Source: a virus
Lineage: Duplodnaviria; Caudoviricetes
Direction: 5' to 3' (one strand)
IMG/VR virus record: IMGVR_UViG_3300037125_000033
Location: 1 to 27,453 of that record
DNA length: 27,453 bases
In this document: piece after piece, positions 7,686-16,432 of the stretch
How positions within the stretch are numbered: the first letter of the stretch is position 1
Layout: every line of letters begins with the position of its first letter
Notes under the pieces: generated by a model
Databases searched by the model: none
What the model was told of the DNA's origin: nothing
Seen by the model: the letters and a program-made list of their open reading frames with translations, nothing else
Made by a program: the position numbers and the translations under genes

Positions 7686-7859
7686 ATGAGAAGCATGAAA
7701 CAAATGGTAAAAGACAGTTTAAGAGATGCTGGCTTTAACATGGAAAACTTTGAAAGCGAATATGAAAAAGCAATTGATAGCTATAATTTTGAGTTTGGCT
7801 GCTATGATGCTGAAAGTCATGATGATTTTTGGAATTATTGTTTTGATAATTGGAGTTAA
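7686..7859 (+). CDS. Small acidic/aromatic early protein (57 aa)
   Basis: AAGGAG RBS; MRSMKQMVKDSLRDAGFNMENFESEYEKAIDSYNFEFGCYDAESHDDFWNYCFDNWS*; below the ORF-track cutoff. Confidence 0.75.
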   Translation: MRSMKQMVKDSLRDAGFNMENFESEYEKAIDSYNFEFGCYDAESHDDFWNYCFDNWS

Positions 7860-7968
7860 AAAGGAAAAAACCATCGTTGATGGTTCAAAATAAATCCACT
7901 TAATGGATTATTATTCTTATGGTTGGCCTGGTGATAAGCCCGGCTTTTTTAAAGAAAGGATAAAAAGG

Positions 7969-8139
7969 ATGCCTGATATAACATTAAGAAATGAAAAAAG
8001 AACAGCAAGAAAACAATACTATTGTGACTGGTGCGGGGCCCTTATCTCTAAAGGTGAAAAATACCAATACCTTTATGGTGGAAAAGACACTTTTGGTAAA
8101 ATGACAGTGCTTAGATACTGCAAAAAATGTCAAAAATAA
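7969..8139 (+). CDS. Zinc-ribbon protein
   Basis: ARKQYYCDWCG...I.KGEKY...YCKKC; start MPDITL with AAGGA RBS. Confidence 0.7.
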   Translation: MPDITLRNEKRTARKQYYCDWCGALISKGEKYQYLYGGKDTFGKMTVLRYCKKCQK

Positions 8140-8161
8140 TTAATATTTTTTACTTTTGCTC

Positions 8162-8190
8162 TTGACTTTTTAGTCAAGCTATGCTAATAT
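8162..8190 (+). promoter_or_regulatory. Promoter with operator TTGACT-TTTT-AGTCAA
   Basis: TTGACT-17-TAATAT with extended TG; palindrome 8162-8177. Confidence 0.8.
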
Positions 8191-8211
8191 TACAGTATAA
8201 GGAGATTGAAT

Positions 8212-8625
8212 ATGAAAAAAGGTGATTTTGTTAAGGTTAAAGAAAATGCGGATTATTCAGGACAAGATATGGCATGGACAGAGGAGAAAACAGGAAAAAA
8301 CACCTATGGAAAAGGTCACGTATTTTATCACTTTTCAGATTCAAAATTAAACGGGTTTTATCCCAAAACAACTTGCTTTTATGACGAAGAAAAAACAATT
8401 CCAGGCCATTGTTACGCTTATATATTAGATAGAGATATCAATATAGAGACATACTGTAATGAAGTTAGATTAAATCTAAAAGAAACCGACAATCTTATCT
8501 ATCTTGGAAAAGTTACTTACGAAAGAGATTATACAAAAAAAGAAAAACAATATGACAGTTGCGGTCGGTTTCAGGGATGGGGCCCAGTTGTAACTATAAA
8601 AGACAATAGGATTAAATTAGGCTAA
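8212..8625 (+). CDS. Hypothetical protein (possible ADP-ribosyltransferase-like fold)
   Basis: AAGGAG RBS; FYHFS...CFY...GHCY...NEV pattern; function speculative. Confidence 0.6.
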   Translation: MKKGDFVKVKENADYSGQDMAWTEEKTGKNTYGKGHVFYHFSDSKLNGFYPKTTCFYDEEKTIPGHCYAYILDRDINIETYCNEVRLNLKETDNLIYLGKVTYERDYTKKEKQYDSCGRFQGWGPVVTIKDNRIKLG

Positions 8626-8635
8626 GGAGATAAAC

Positions 8636-8932
8636 ATGATAACAAAAGAATGGATTGAATTAAACAAGAAAAGAAAAGCGTATTTTAAAGCCCATGCACC
8701 TAAAAACATTAAATCCCTTGTGATGACAAAAGCCTGGGAGCTATATAGGGAAGAACTTACAAAAGAAAACTATTTCACACCAAAGTTTAAATCAAGCCTT
8801 CAGAAAGCCTGGAGCATCTGCAAAAAAGATGTGTACAGCGAAGAGCTAAAAAAAGATGTTCGAATGTTCTTTGATTACGATGCACCAGCAAAGAGAGAGC
8901 GTCAATTTATTGACTGCTACAGTCCACTATAA
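8636..8932 (+). CDS. Phage hypothetical protein
   Basis: RBS; VMTKAWEL...FKSSLQKAW motif common in small phage early proteins. Confidence 0.75.
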   Translation: MITKEWIELNKKRKAYFKAHAPKNIKSLVMTKAWELYREELTKENYFTPKFKSSLQKAWSICKKDVYSEELKKDVRMFFDYDAPAKRERQFIDCYSPL

Positions 8933-8945
8933 AAAGGAGTAAAGA

Positions 8946-9155
8946 ATGATTGATAAAATAACAGAAATGTTAGAAAGCCTTAAAAGCTGTGCAAATTGCA
9001 AAGAAGCATTTAATTTCAATACTGAACAGACAGAAGAAAACCACTTTAAGACATCTTTTGTCACTGCTTCAAAATTATGCGGCCACTGTCAAGAATATTC
9101 AAACTGGGAGTTTGACGGAAAAACTAAAGCAGAAAGATGGGAGCAAGAGCTATGA
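8946..9155 (+). CDS. Cys-rich hypothetical protein
   Basis: RBS; CANC...CGHC. Confidence 0.7.
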   Translation: MIDKITEMLESLKSCANCKEAFNFNTEQTEENHFKTSFVTASKLCGHCQEYSNWEFDGKTKAERWEQEL

Positions 9156-9631
9156 TAGACCTGAACAAAAACCAAACCTTTGATCCACCAATTGAATTAG
9201 AAGTTTCAAACGACAATGAAAATTGGGAGCTTTGGAACATTGATGAGATTAACCATGAATCTTGGATTAATCCGTTTAAGTCCTTAAGCAAAGATGCTGC
9301 TTTCAAATATGCAAGGCACCCACAGCCAAAAACAATCGATAAAACAAAAGCTCAAATCTTTGACCCACCAGTGGAAATGCTGGTGAGTGACTATGAAGAT
9401 TTCAAGCATGTTAAAAAAAGGAAGGTGTTCTGCATCTATCCAGAAAATGAGTTTCCTATTTTGTCATTAAATAATGCTGGAAAAATTTGTTTTCATCTTT
9501 ATGCCAAAGAAATCACAGATACAGCAGAATTGGTTTTAAAAGATATGCTGTCTATGTTTCCAACAGAAGATTTTTTAACAGAAGATTTTAAAGCCCTGCT
9601 GCAAAGGGCCAGGAAGGCTTTAAATGATTGA
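9152..9631 (+). CDS. Hypothetical protein with two FDPP repeat domains
   Basis: ATGA coupling at 9152; IDLNKNQTFDPPIELEVSN and IDKTKAQIFDPPVEMLVSD. Confidence 0.75.
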   Translation: MIDLNKNQTFDPPIELEVSNDNENWELWNIDEINHESWINPFKSLSKDAAFKYARHPQPKTIDKTKAQIFDPPVEMLVSDYEDFKHVKKRKVFCIYPENEFPILSLNNAGKICFHLYAKEITDTAELVLKDMLSMFPTEDFLTEDFKALLQRARKALND

Positions 9632-9944
9632 TTTAAACAAAGCACAAGTTTTTGACCCACCAATTAAAATGCTGGTGAGTGATGATCCAGATTTTCCAGA
9701 AAATGAAAGTTTTGTTGAAAATGTATATTGTATATACCCTAAACTTTATTATCCAATAAAAACACTTTTTCAAGAAGGTACAGCTTCTTACAAATACGCC
9801 AAACCAATCCCAACAGAAACCGACGACTTTGAAAAAATGTTCAAAACTGCTTTTGATAAAGCTTGGAATGACATAATTAAAAACACCTGTAAAAAGGTGG
9901 TTGAAAGGATTATGAACGATGACAATAACGATGCCACTACATAG
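9624..9944 (+). CDS. Hypothetical protein with one FDPP domain (paralog)
   Basis: MIDLNKAQVFDPPIKMLVSD. Confidence 0.75.
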   Translation: MIDLNKAQVFDPPIKMLVSDDPDFPENESFVENVYCIYPKLYYPIKTLFQEGTASYKYAKPIPTETDDFEKMFKTAFDKAWNDIIKNTCKKVVERIMNDDNNDATT

Positions 9945-10081
9945 GGCCTTAAGGCTCGGAAAAGAAAAAGCCAAACAGATGTTTAGCGCCTATGGTGAAA
10001 AGGTAATAATCAAGAATTACCTTGGTGAAGAAATTCTCTCTATTGATGAGAAGGAAACAAAGCTGTTAGGGAAGGTGATTT

Positions 10082-10522
10082 ATGACAATTGATATTAACA
10101 TTGATGATTATGTAAGTGAAGAAGAAAAAAAAGATTTATGTCTTGAGTACATAAGGGAAACATTAAGAGGTGATAAAAACCATGAAGAAAGGGTTTTATC
10201 AAACATGGCCTATAATTCAGCTTATAAGCTGCTTGATGAAGCTTTGACAGAAGAGCAAAAAAATAAAATCAAGCAGAAAGTTGCTAAGATAATAGCGGAT
10301 GAAACTAATTTCGGGCTTTTCAGAAAAAAGAATGCTTGGGGACAAGAGGATTCAGAAGCGTATCTTGAAGTAAAAAAAGCAGTGGTAGAACACAAGCACC
10401 TTATAAATGGACTTGTTAAGAAAGCAATTCTTGAAAAAGATTACGAAAAAGAAATACCTAAAACCTACGATATAATAGGCGAGATTATAGGTGATGCTAT
10501 CTTGAAAGGGCTATCAAAATGA
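10082..10522 (+). CDS. Phage hypothetical protein
   Basis: 146-aa ORF with AAGGTG RBS, in operon. Confidence 0.75.
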   Translation: MTIDINIDDYVSEEEKKDLCLEYIRETLRGDKNHEERVLSNMAYNSAYKLLDEALTEEQKNKIKQKVAKIIADETNFGLFRKKNAWGQEDSEAYLEVKKAVVEHKHLINGLVKKAILEKDYEKEIPKTYDIIGEIIGDAILKGLSK

Positions 10523-10707
10523 TGACAAACAAAATGAAGCGTGTTGAAATACTTGTTAAGGACAAAAAAGCCCGTTTTCAACCTGGGGACAAAGGAATCA
10601 TAGTCACCTCTGAAGGCGATGATTACTTTTATCAATATGGTGTATTTGTCGAACGCATCGAAGAAATACTATACTTTGCAAGGCGGGAAGTGAAGGTTTT
10701 GAAATGA
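10519..10707 (+). CDS. Small hypothetical protein
   Basis: ATGA-coupled on both sides; SH3-like FQPGDKGIIV...YGV...YF pattern. Confidence 0.65.
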   Translation: MMTNKMKRVEILVKDKKARFQPGDKGIIVTSEGDDYFYQYGVFVERIEEILYFARREVKVLK

Positions 10708-11093
10708 CAGTACAAGAAAAAATAGAGCGTGTTTATGATATGTTTGAAAGCTCTTTTATACATAGAGAAGAAGAACTTATCTTGCATAAAAAATGGAACA
10801 TTTATTTTAGGCTGGTATTTGACCTTTGCCAAGAAAAAGGGAGCAGACCTATAACACCAATTGAATTTGATTATAGATTGATTTCTTGCCTATCTTTTTA
10901 CACCGCAGGTCATTACTTTAAAAAAAGTGAATCTCAATGTAAATGGGCATGGAATAGAATAAATCGCTGGTTTAGAAAAGATTTCACCTATGAAGAGCTG
11001 CAAAAGATCTATCAAAGACTTGGATGGGGTGCCAATATGCCTATTGGCCTAAAGTTTATTGAATCAGGTTTTAACATGGAGATTCTATCATGA
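10704..11093 (+). CDS. Conserved phage hypothetical protein
   Basis: ELILHKKWNIYFRL...IYQRLGWGAN...KFIESGF; coupled ORF. Confidence 0.75.
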   Translation: MTVQEKIERVYDMFESSFIHREEELILHKKWNIYFRLVFDLCQEKGSRPITPIEFDYRLISCLSFYTAGHYFKKSESQCKWAWNRINRWFRKDFTYEELQKIYQRLGWGANMPIGLKFIESGFNMEILS

Positions 11094-11444
11094 TAACACT
11101 CGCATGGGTAATAATAATCGCTTACCCAATTTTGGGCACAATAATATTTTCAATTAAAAAAGGTGTAAGATGAAACAAAAAACAATATTAATGCTAATTG
11201 CATTGGTTCTTTTAATGGCGTCAATTGTACTAACTTTTTTATGGTTTGATTGGAGACTACTGATAATACTTTTTATCTGGACATGGGGAAATAATATCAC
11301 TAATAAAGTAGAGTTGTTAAAACTTCTTGAAGAAATTACGGAGGTCGAAGAATGACATTACCACAATTTATTGAAATAGCTATAGGCTTTACTTTGTTAT
11401 ATGGCAGTGTAATTTTCATAATTGCTAAGGACTGGAAGAAATGA
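11090..11444 (+). CDS. Three coupled small membrane peptides (11090-11173, 11170-11355, 11352-11444)
   Basis: MITLAWVIIIAYPILGTIIFSIKKGVR; MKQKTILMLIALVLL...; MTLPQFIEIAIGFTLLYGSVIFIIAKDWKK; all joined by ATGA overlaps. Confidence 0.6.
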
Positions 11445-11691
11445 GCTTTGCAAGTTGTTGTGATTCTTTTAGTTGTTGGAGTTATTTTTTAAACTTATCA
11501 AAACACTCCTATGATGGGCAAGGCGATTTTTACAGGAACAACACAATATTTTTTCAAAAGGAAAGAGAGGAATCAATCATGCAGAAACTCTCTTTCCTTG
11601 TAAAAATATTTCTAACTATAAAAAGTTTTATTTTAAAAACTACGAAATCAACAATTGAGCCAATAAGGTTTAAGGACTGGAAGGGTAAAAG

Positions 11692-11919
11692 ATGATGAAA
11701 GAAAAACAACATTTTAATTTATTAGATGCCATATCTGACAATCAAACAGAAGAGAATATGAAAAAACATAGTAGTTGTCCTGAATGTAGAGGAAGCGGAG
11801 AGCATTGGGTTAATTTTTCAAATAGAGATAGGATAAAAGAATATTGTGGTTTTTGTAAAGGAACTGGAATAAACCCAAATGCAAATATAGGAGAAAATCC
11901 AAGGAATACCGATGATTGA
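11692..11919 (+). CDS. DnaJ-type zinc-finger small protein
   Basis: CPECRGSG...CGFCKGTG. Confidence 0.7.
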   Translation: MMKEKQHFNLLDAISDNQTEENMKKHSSCPECRGSGEHWVNFSNRDRIKEYCGFCKGTGINPNANIGENPRNTDD

Positions 11920-12256
11920 CAAAAAAACACGTTTTTTTATAACCGGGATTTTCACTCTTCTTGTTGTAATCTTTATTTATATGATTTGGTACACATCAAA
12001 CATTAAGATTGAAGCAGCAAGAGCAAAACCAAACTATGAATCTTATGATATTGAGGAAGGCATAAACATCATGCTAAACGGGGTCAATGAATTAAAAACT
12101 GTTCTATCGCAGTATGAAAAAGAAATTGCCTACTGGAAAAATAGGGTTGATTATGTTTATCATCGTTATTATCCGAAAGGTTCAGCCCAGGATATTGACT
12201 CACAGTTTAGGGCCCTTGAGCAAAGACTTTCAATTTTTAATTTTGAAAAGGAGTAG
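11912..12256 (+). CDS. Membrane-anchored hypothetical protein
   Basis: N-terminal TM helix followed by coiled-coil-like region. Confidence 0.7.
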   Translation: MIDKKTRFFITGIFTLLVVIFIYMIWYTSNIKIEAARAKPNYESYDIEEGINIMLNGVNELKTVLSQYEKEIAYWKNRVDYVYHRYYPKGSAQDIDSQFRALEQRLSIFNFEKE

Positions 12257-12260
12257 AAAA

Positions 12261-12479
12261 ATGAAAGTATATAAATTAGAAGTAATGGTGATTGATGAAT
12301 TTGTAAAAACAGTTGAAGATGCTAAAAGCCTTTTTGATATTAGGTTTCCAAACTGGGCAAATGTAGAAGTTGTTACCTGCAGAGAAGCTGACATCGGGGA
12401 ATGGAGTGATGAAAATCCTTTAAATTATATGGATAAGACAGAGGAAGAAATGAACAGACTTTTTCCAAAGGAGAAATAA
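12261..12479 (+). CDS. Phage hypothetical protein
   Basis: Start MKVYKLEV with AAGGAG RBS; ADIGEWSDENPLN motif. Confidence 0.7.
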   Translation: MKVYKLEVMVIDEFVKTVEDAKSLFDIRFPNWANVEVVTCREADIGEWSDENPLNYMDKTEEEMNRLFPKEK

Positions 12480-12480
12480 A

Positions 12481-12660
12481 ATGTCAGTAAGAAAAGAAAG
12501 AGACTATTCAGAATATAGGTGCTTAGGATGTGGAAAAATAGCCACAAAGAGGGAGCTTTTAGAACTTAATGAAGAGAAATGGCATTGTTACTTAGAATGT
12601 ACTTGCGGAGGTACTAAGTTTGAAAAAGTAAAGCCTATAAGATTTTTTAAGGAGTATTAG
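12481..12660 (+). CDS. Zinc-ribbon protein (59 aa)
   Basis: Hand translation YRCLGCG...ECTCGGTKF; AAGGAG RBS. Confidence 0.65.
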   Translation: MSVRKERDYSEYRCLGCGKIATKRELLELNEEKWHCYLECTCGGTKFEKVKPIRFFKEY

Positions 12661-12663
12661 AGG

Positions 12664-12996
12664 ATGAAAAATAAACACGTAGAAAAAAGCTTAAAGCATT
12701 GGTTCAGGATGCGCCGATGGGTGAGAAAGCAACCAAAATATAATAATATTAATTGCTGGAAAATGCTTGAAGAAATAAGCGAAAGTCCAGATGGTAAATT
12801 TTGCGCTTTATGTAAAAACTATTTCAAAAAAAGATCTTGTGATTGCTGTCCTTTATATAAATTTACAAGGTTATCTTGTGGAAAAGATACGCTATCCCCA
12901 TGGATGAAAGCAAATGATGCACAAGATTGGGGCGAATGGCTTAAAAACTCAAATGAAATGATAAAAGATTTATGGGAGATTAGAAACTATGAATAA
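12664..12996 (+). CDS. Cys-rich phage hypothetical protein
   Basis: CALC...CDCCPLY...C...SPW. Confidence 0.7.
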   Translation: MKNKHVEKSLKHWFRMRRWVRKQPKYNNINCWKMLEEISESPDGKFCALCKNYFKKRSCDCCPLYKFTRLSCGKDTLSPWMKANDAQDWGEWLKNSNEMIKDLWEIRNYE

Positions 12997-13507
12997 AAAA
13001 CTATACAACACAATAAACATTTTCCAGGAATGCTTACTTGTATTTTTTATGGTAGGTATTATTTATTTATTTTTTGAGGTGGCATGGGGCACTATAAAAA
13101 ATCCTGATGGCTTCAAAACCTTTAAGAATCTGCTTGCCATGTTTATAGTAGGCGGGAGCCTTGGTGTAATCGCTAACCGTATAACACCACTAATTAAAAA
13201 TCTGCCTGAAAAAGTTCAGTATATTATAACAACATTTATAATTCTGTTTGTTGAATTTTGGGCCGGGATACTTATCAATAAATTATTGGGCTGGGGCAAC
13301 TGGGACTACTCAGAATATCCGCTTAACTTCCTGGGTCAAATCTGCCTGCCCTTTGCATTCCTGTGGTTTTTATTGTCACCACTTTTATTGTGGATATCAC
13401 GAATCTTTAGGCAACAAAGAGAAATTGACACAATAGATTTATTTGATTTCATCGGCATAGATGAGCTTGGCAGTATGTACAGAGATTTATTTCTTAAGTG
13501 GGATTGA
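12989..13507 (+). CDS. CmpB/TMEM229 family (putative ABC transporter type IV permease) membrane protein
   Basis: MFIVGG...EFWAG...WDYSEYPLNFLGQICLPFAFLW signature; four TM segments. Confidence 0.8.
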   Translation: MNKKLYNTINIFQECLLVFFMVGIIYLFFEVAWGTIKNPDGFKTFKNLLAMFIVGGSLGVIANRITPLIKNLPEKVQYIITTFIILFVEFWAGILINKLLGWGNWDYSEYPLNFLGQICLPFAFLWFLLSPLLLWISRIFRQQREIDTIDLFDFIGIDELGSMYRDLFLKWD

Positions 13508-13531
13508 CTAATAAGTCAATTGTATTAATGT
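13504..13531 (+). promoter_or_regulatory. Promoter with operator TTGACT-AATA-AGTCAA
   Basis: Palindrome 13504-13519; TAATGT at 16-bp spacing. Confidence 0.7.
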
Positions 13532-13549
13532 ATCATAAAGGAGAAAAAC

Positions 13550-13759
13550 ATGAAGATAACTAAGTATGACTATAGCTCTGATTTTTTAGTAGAAATTACA
13601 GAAGACATAGAAATAAATTTTGATTTTGAAGATGAGACAGTGGACATCGAGTCATATGATAAAGATTTTAAAAGCATATCTTTTGAGGAGTTTGACAAAA
13701 TAATAGAGCTTTACCAAAAAAGGAGAAAAACAAAATTAAAGCGGGGTATTGATGTTTAA
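13550..13759 (+). CDS. Small acidic protein
   Basis: AAGGAG RBS; D/E-rich 69 aa. Confidence 0.7.
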   Translation: MKITKYDYSSDFLVEITEDIEINFDFEDETVDIESYDKDFKSISFEEFDKIIELYQKRRKTKLKRGIDV

Positions 13760-15155
13760 ACTAAACCCCTACGACTACCAACAAAAAGACATCGAGTTTT
13801 CATATCACAGCCTGATGTCATACGGCTATGCTGCGCTGCTCATGGAAATGGGAACCGGGAAAACAAAGGTATCACTTAACACCAGTGAGTTGATAATCAG
13901 ATTTGAAAAAGCAAAAGGCCTTATCATAATACCACCTAAATCTTTAATATCAACATGGGAAGATGAGGTTTTAAAGCAAACTTTTTTTGAACCTGATTTT
14001 TCTTACTGGCAAAATGCAAAGCCTTTGACAAGTCCATCCCTAATCACTTTTATTAATGTAGAAACATTCCAGCGGTCAAATAAAATTTTGAAAGAATTTT
14101 TACAGGAGTATTGTCAAGATAGAATTATCATCCTTGATGAATCCACAAAGATTAAAAACCCAAAGGCGCAAAGAACCAAAAATGTGCTTGATTACACACT
14201 AAACGCAAAGTATAAAATGATTTTAACAGGTACGGAAATAACCACATCACTTTTAGATTTATACACTCAATACGAATTTTTAAAAAATGGTTTTTGGGGT
14301 CTGCCCAACTTTTGGCTTTTTAGGTCAAAGTATGCAGAGTTGCAAAGAATAAAGTTGCCTAAAATATATAATCCAAAATTAAAGAAGTTTCAAGAACGAA
14401 CTTTTAACAAGGTAATAGGATTTAAGCGCATAGGGGAATTGACTTCAAAAATATCACACTGCACAGTTAGGCGAAAAAAGAAAGACTGCCTTGATTTGCC
14501 TGAAAAAGTTTTTCAAGATATACACCTTGAAATGACAAAAACACAAGAAAAGATCTATCATGATTTAAAGCGTGATTTAATAGCCGAGTACAAAGACCAG
14601 ATATTGACGGTTCAAGCAAAGGTGTCTTTATTTATTCGTTTCCGTCAAATCACAGGCGGTTTTATGCCGGAGTCCGGGGATTTCTTGGGATCACCAAAAC
14701 TTGCATTTATTAAAGATGATTCAGAAGACTATGAAGGTAAAATAATCATCTGGTCATGCTTTACCGCTGAGATAAATCACTTACATAAAGAATTAAAAAA
14801 TAGTGTAAAGTACGATGGTAAATCCAGCCAAGCAGAAAAAGACAAAGCAATAAACAGTTTTAGAAACAACCCTGATATAAAATATTTTATTGCTAACCCT
14901 CAGAGCGCAGCCTTTGGGCTGAATCTGCAATTTTGTAACTTGGTATATAATTACAGTCGAACCTTAAGTCCTGAACTTGATGTTCAGTCACAAGACCGAT
15001 GCCATAGAATAGGTGTTAAAGGCTCAGTACTATATAAAAACCTTGTGTGCAAAGGTACTATTGATGAGCGAGTGCAAAACATCCTTGACAGTAGACATGA
15101 TATGAGAGAATCTTTCCAGGACTTGAGCATTGGTGATTTTTTTAAATTAATTTGA
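13752..15155 (+). CDS. SNF2-family (SF2) helicase
   Basis: EMGTGKT, ILDEST, LTGT, GLNLQ, QSQDRCHRIG motifs. Confidence 0.95.
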   Translation: MFKLNPYDYQQKDIEFSYHSLMSYGYAALLMEMGTGKTKVSLNTSELIIRFEKAKGLIIIPPKSLISTWEDEVLKQTFFEPDFSYWQNAKPLTSPSLITFINVETFQRSNKILKEFLQEYCQDRIIILDESTKIKNPKAQRTKNVLDYTLNAKYKMILTGTEITTSLLDLYTQYEFLKNGFWGLPNFWLFRSKYAELQRIKLPKIYNPKLKKFQERTFNKVIGFKRIGELTSKISHCTVRRKKKDCLDLPEKVFQDIHLEMTKTQEKIYHDLKRDLIAEYKDQILTVQAKVSLFIRFRQITGGFMPESGDFLGSPKLAFIKDDSEDYEGKIIIWSCFTAEINHLHKELKNSVKYDGKSSQAEKDKAINSFRNNPDIKYFIANPQSAAFGLNLQFCNLVYNYSRTLSPELDVQSQDRCHRIGVKGSVLYKNLVCKGTIDERVQNILDSRHDMRESFQDLSIGDFFKLI

Positions 15156-15184
15156 TTGACTAATTAGTCAAGATGTGATATTTT
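15156..15184 (+). promoter_or_regulatory. Promoter with operator TTGACT-AATT-AGTCAA
   Basis: Perfect palindrome 15156-15171; TG-n-TATTTT at 17-bp spacing. Confidence 0.7.
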
Positions 15185-15203
15185 GTTTTATAAGGAGGTA
15201 AAC

Positions 15204-15380
15204 ATGAAAAAAGCAAAAATTAAGCTTAAGAAATCAGCAAACTTTATATTAAAAAGTTTTTTAGGAGAAAGGGTTTGGACTGGTGCTTTAATAGATGGAA
15301 AGTATATGATTCCTTTTCCAGGCTTTGACCTTGTTTTTGATGATGCAAAAGACATAGAAGTAAAAGAGGATAAATCATGA
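15204..15380 (+). CDS. Small hypothetical protein (paralog of 21514-21690)
   Basis: AAGGAGG RBS, start MKKAKIKL. Confidence 0.7.
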   Translation: MKKAKIKLKKSANFILKSFLGERVWTGALIDGKYMIPFPGFDLVFDDAKDIEVKEDKS

Positions 15381-15559
15381 AATACTATGAACAAAAACAC
15401 ACTGAAGAAACACCCAAACAGATTACAGAGTATGAAGCAAAAAGGGTGTTAGGTGTTCACTTTGGAGATACAAAGATAAATGACATCGTAACCCTATTAA
15501 AAGAAGGCCACCGATTTTTCACAAATGATGCGGTTTATTATGCAGAGAAGGAGTAGAAA

Positions 15560-15742
15560 ATGACAAAATCAGAGCAGAGAGAAAAAGATTGGGATAGATT
15601 TATAAATCTATCCCATAAATGTGACAGAACTTGTAAAAATAGGATATATAATTTTGAGCAAGAGGAGTGCTGCACCAGAGCTTATAAATATATTCACAAG
15701 CAAGATGGTAAAATATGTGAAGAGTATGAGCCAAAGGAGTAG
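15560..15742 (+). CDS. Cys-rich small protein
   Basis: AAGGAG RBS; C-x3-C...CC...CEEYEPK. Confidence 0.65.
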   Translation: MTKSEQREKDWDRFINLSHKCDRTCKNRIYNFEQEECCTRAYKYIHKQDGKICEEYEPKE

Positions 15743-15745
15743 AAA

Positions 15746-16429
15746 ATGAAACAAGAAGACATCGAACAACTAAAAGGTTTTATTGATCAAGGGGCCGAGA
15801 TTACAAGCGAAGATGTAAAGATCAAAATGCAGCGGCTTGTCAAAGAATATGAAGCCTTGACACGTGCAAGTAAAGTTGACTTTACACAGCACCAAGCTTT
15901 TGAAATGGCCATAGAGTTTATGGAGTCTCTATATCACACATACCCGCCATTAAAAATGCTTGAGGATCTTTATAAGCATTATAACAAAAAGAAACTTGCA
16001 ATTGAAGCAATCGATTTACCGGATGTTATGCGTGAACTCGGCGTTACATCCTACACCACAGAAGATGAAACACAGGTAAAAATAAAGCCTGTTATCAGTG
16101 TAAAAACCCTGGATAAAGAAAATCTTTTTAAGTGGTTAAAATCTGTAGGAAATGAGGATGATGTCAAAAACACATTGATTTTTTCCAAAGGTGAGTTTGA
16201 TAAAAATCTTGAAAATTATTTACAGTCTGAAGGCTATTCTTACGAAATCAAGGAAGATTGCCACTATAAAACTGTAGAGCGAATCATTAAAAACCGAATT
16301 GAACAGGCAGAGAAAAATGAAGGAAAGGAGGAACTGACAGAAGAGGAGAAAAAATACAGCCTCTTACCACCTGATTCAATCGCACAAATAACCCGCTTAG
16401 AAGTAGCGGAGATTAAAACAAAGGAATAA
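15746..16429 (+). CDS. Conserved phage replication-module protein
   Basis: IDLPDVMRELGV...FKWLKSVG...CHYKT pattern; typical position upstream of the SSB-like gene. Confidence 0.65.
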   Translation: MKQEDIEQLKGFIDQGAEITSEDVKIKMQRLVKEYEALTRASKVDFTQHQAFEMAIEFMESLYHTYPPLKMLEDLYKHYNKKKLAIEAIDLPDVMRELGVTSYTTEDETQVKIKPVISVKTLDKENLFKWLKSVGNEDDVKNTLIFSKGEFDKNLENYLQSEGYSYEIKEDCHYKTVERIIKNRIEQAEKNEGKEELTEEEKKYSLLPPDSIAQITRLEVAEIKTKE

Positions 16430-16432
16430 CAA

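Noticed and set aside
7925-7950. GCCTGGTGATAAGCCCGGC resembles a twister P4 loop (GU-xxx-AAGCC)
   Set aside because: No UAA-P2-GC upstream and no GA-AUC pseudoknot partner in any permutation; followed by T6, so more likely a weak terminator or decayed remnant.
11441-11695. 84-aa ORF with odd Cys/Ser-rich N-terminus, possible frameshifted gene
   Set aside because: Cannot be distinguished from a short gene starting at ATG 11579 (GAGGA RBS); no convincing slippery site or homology visible.
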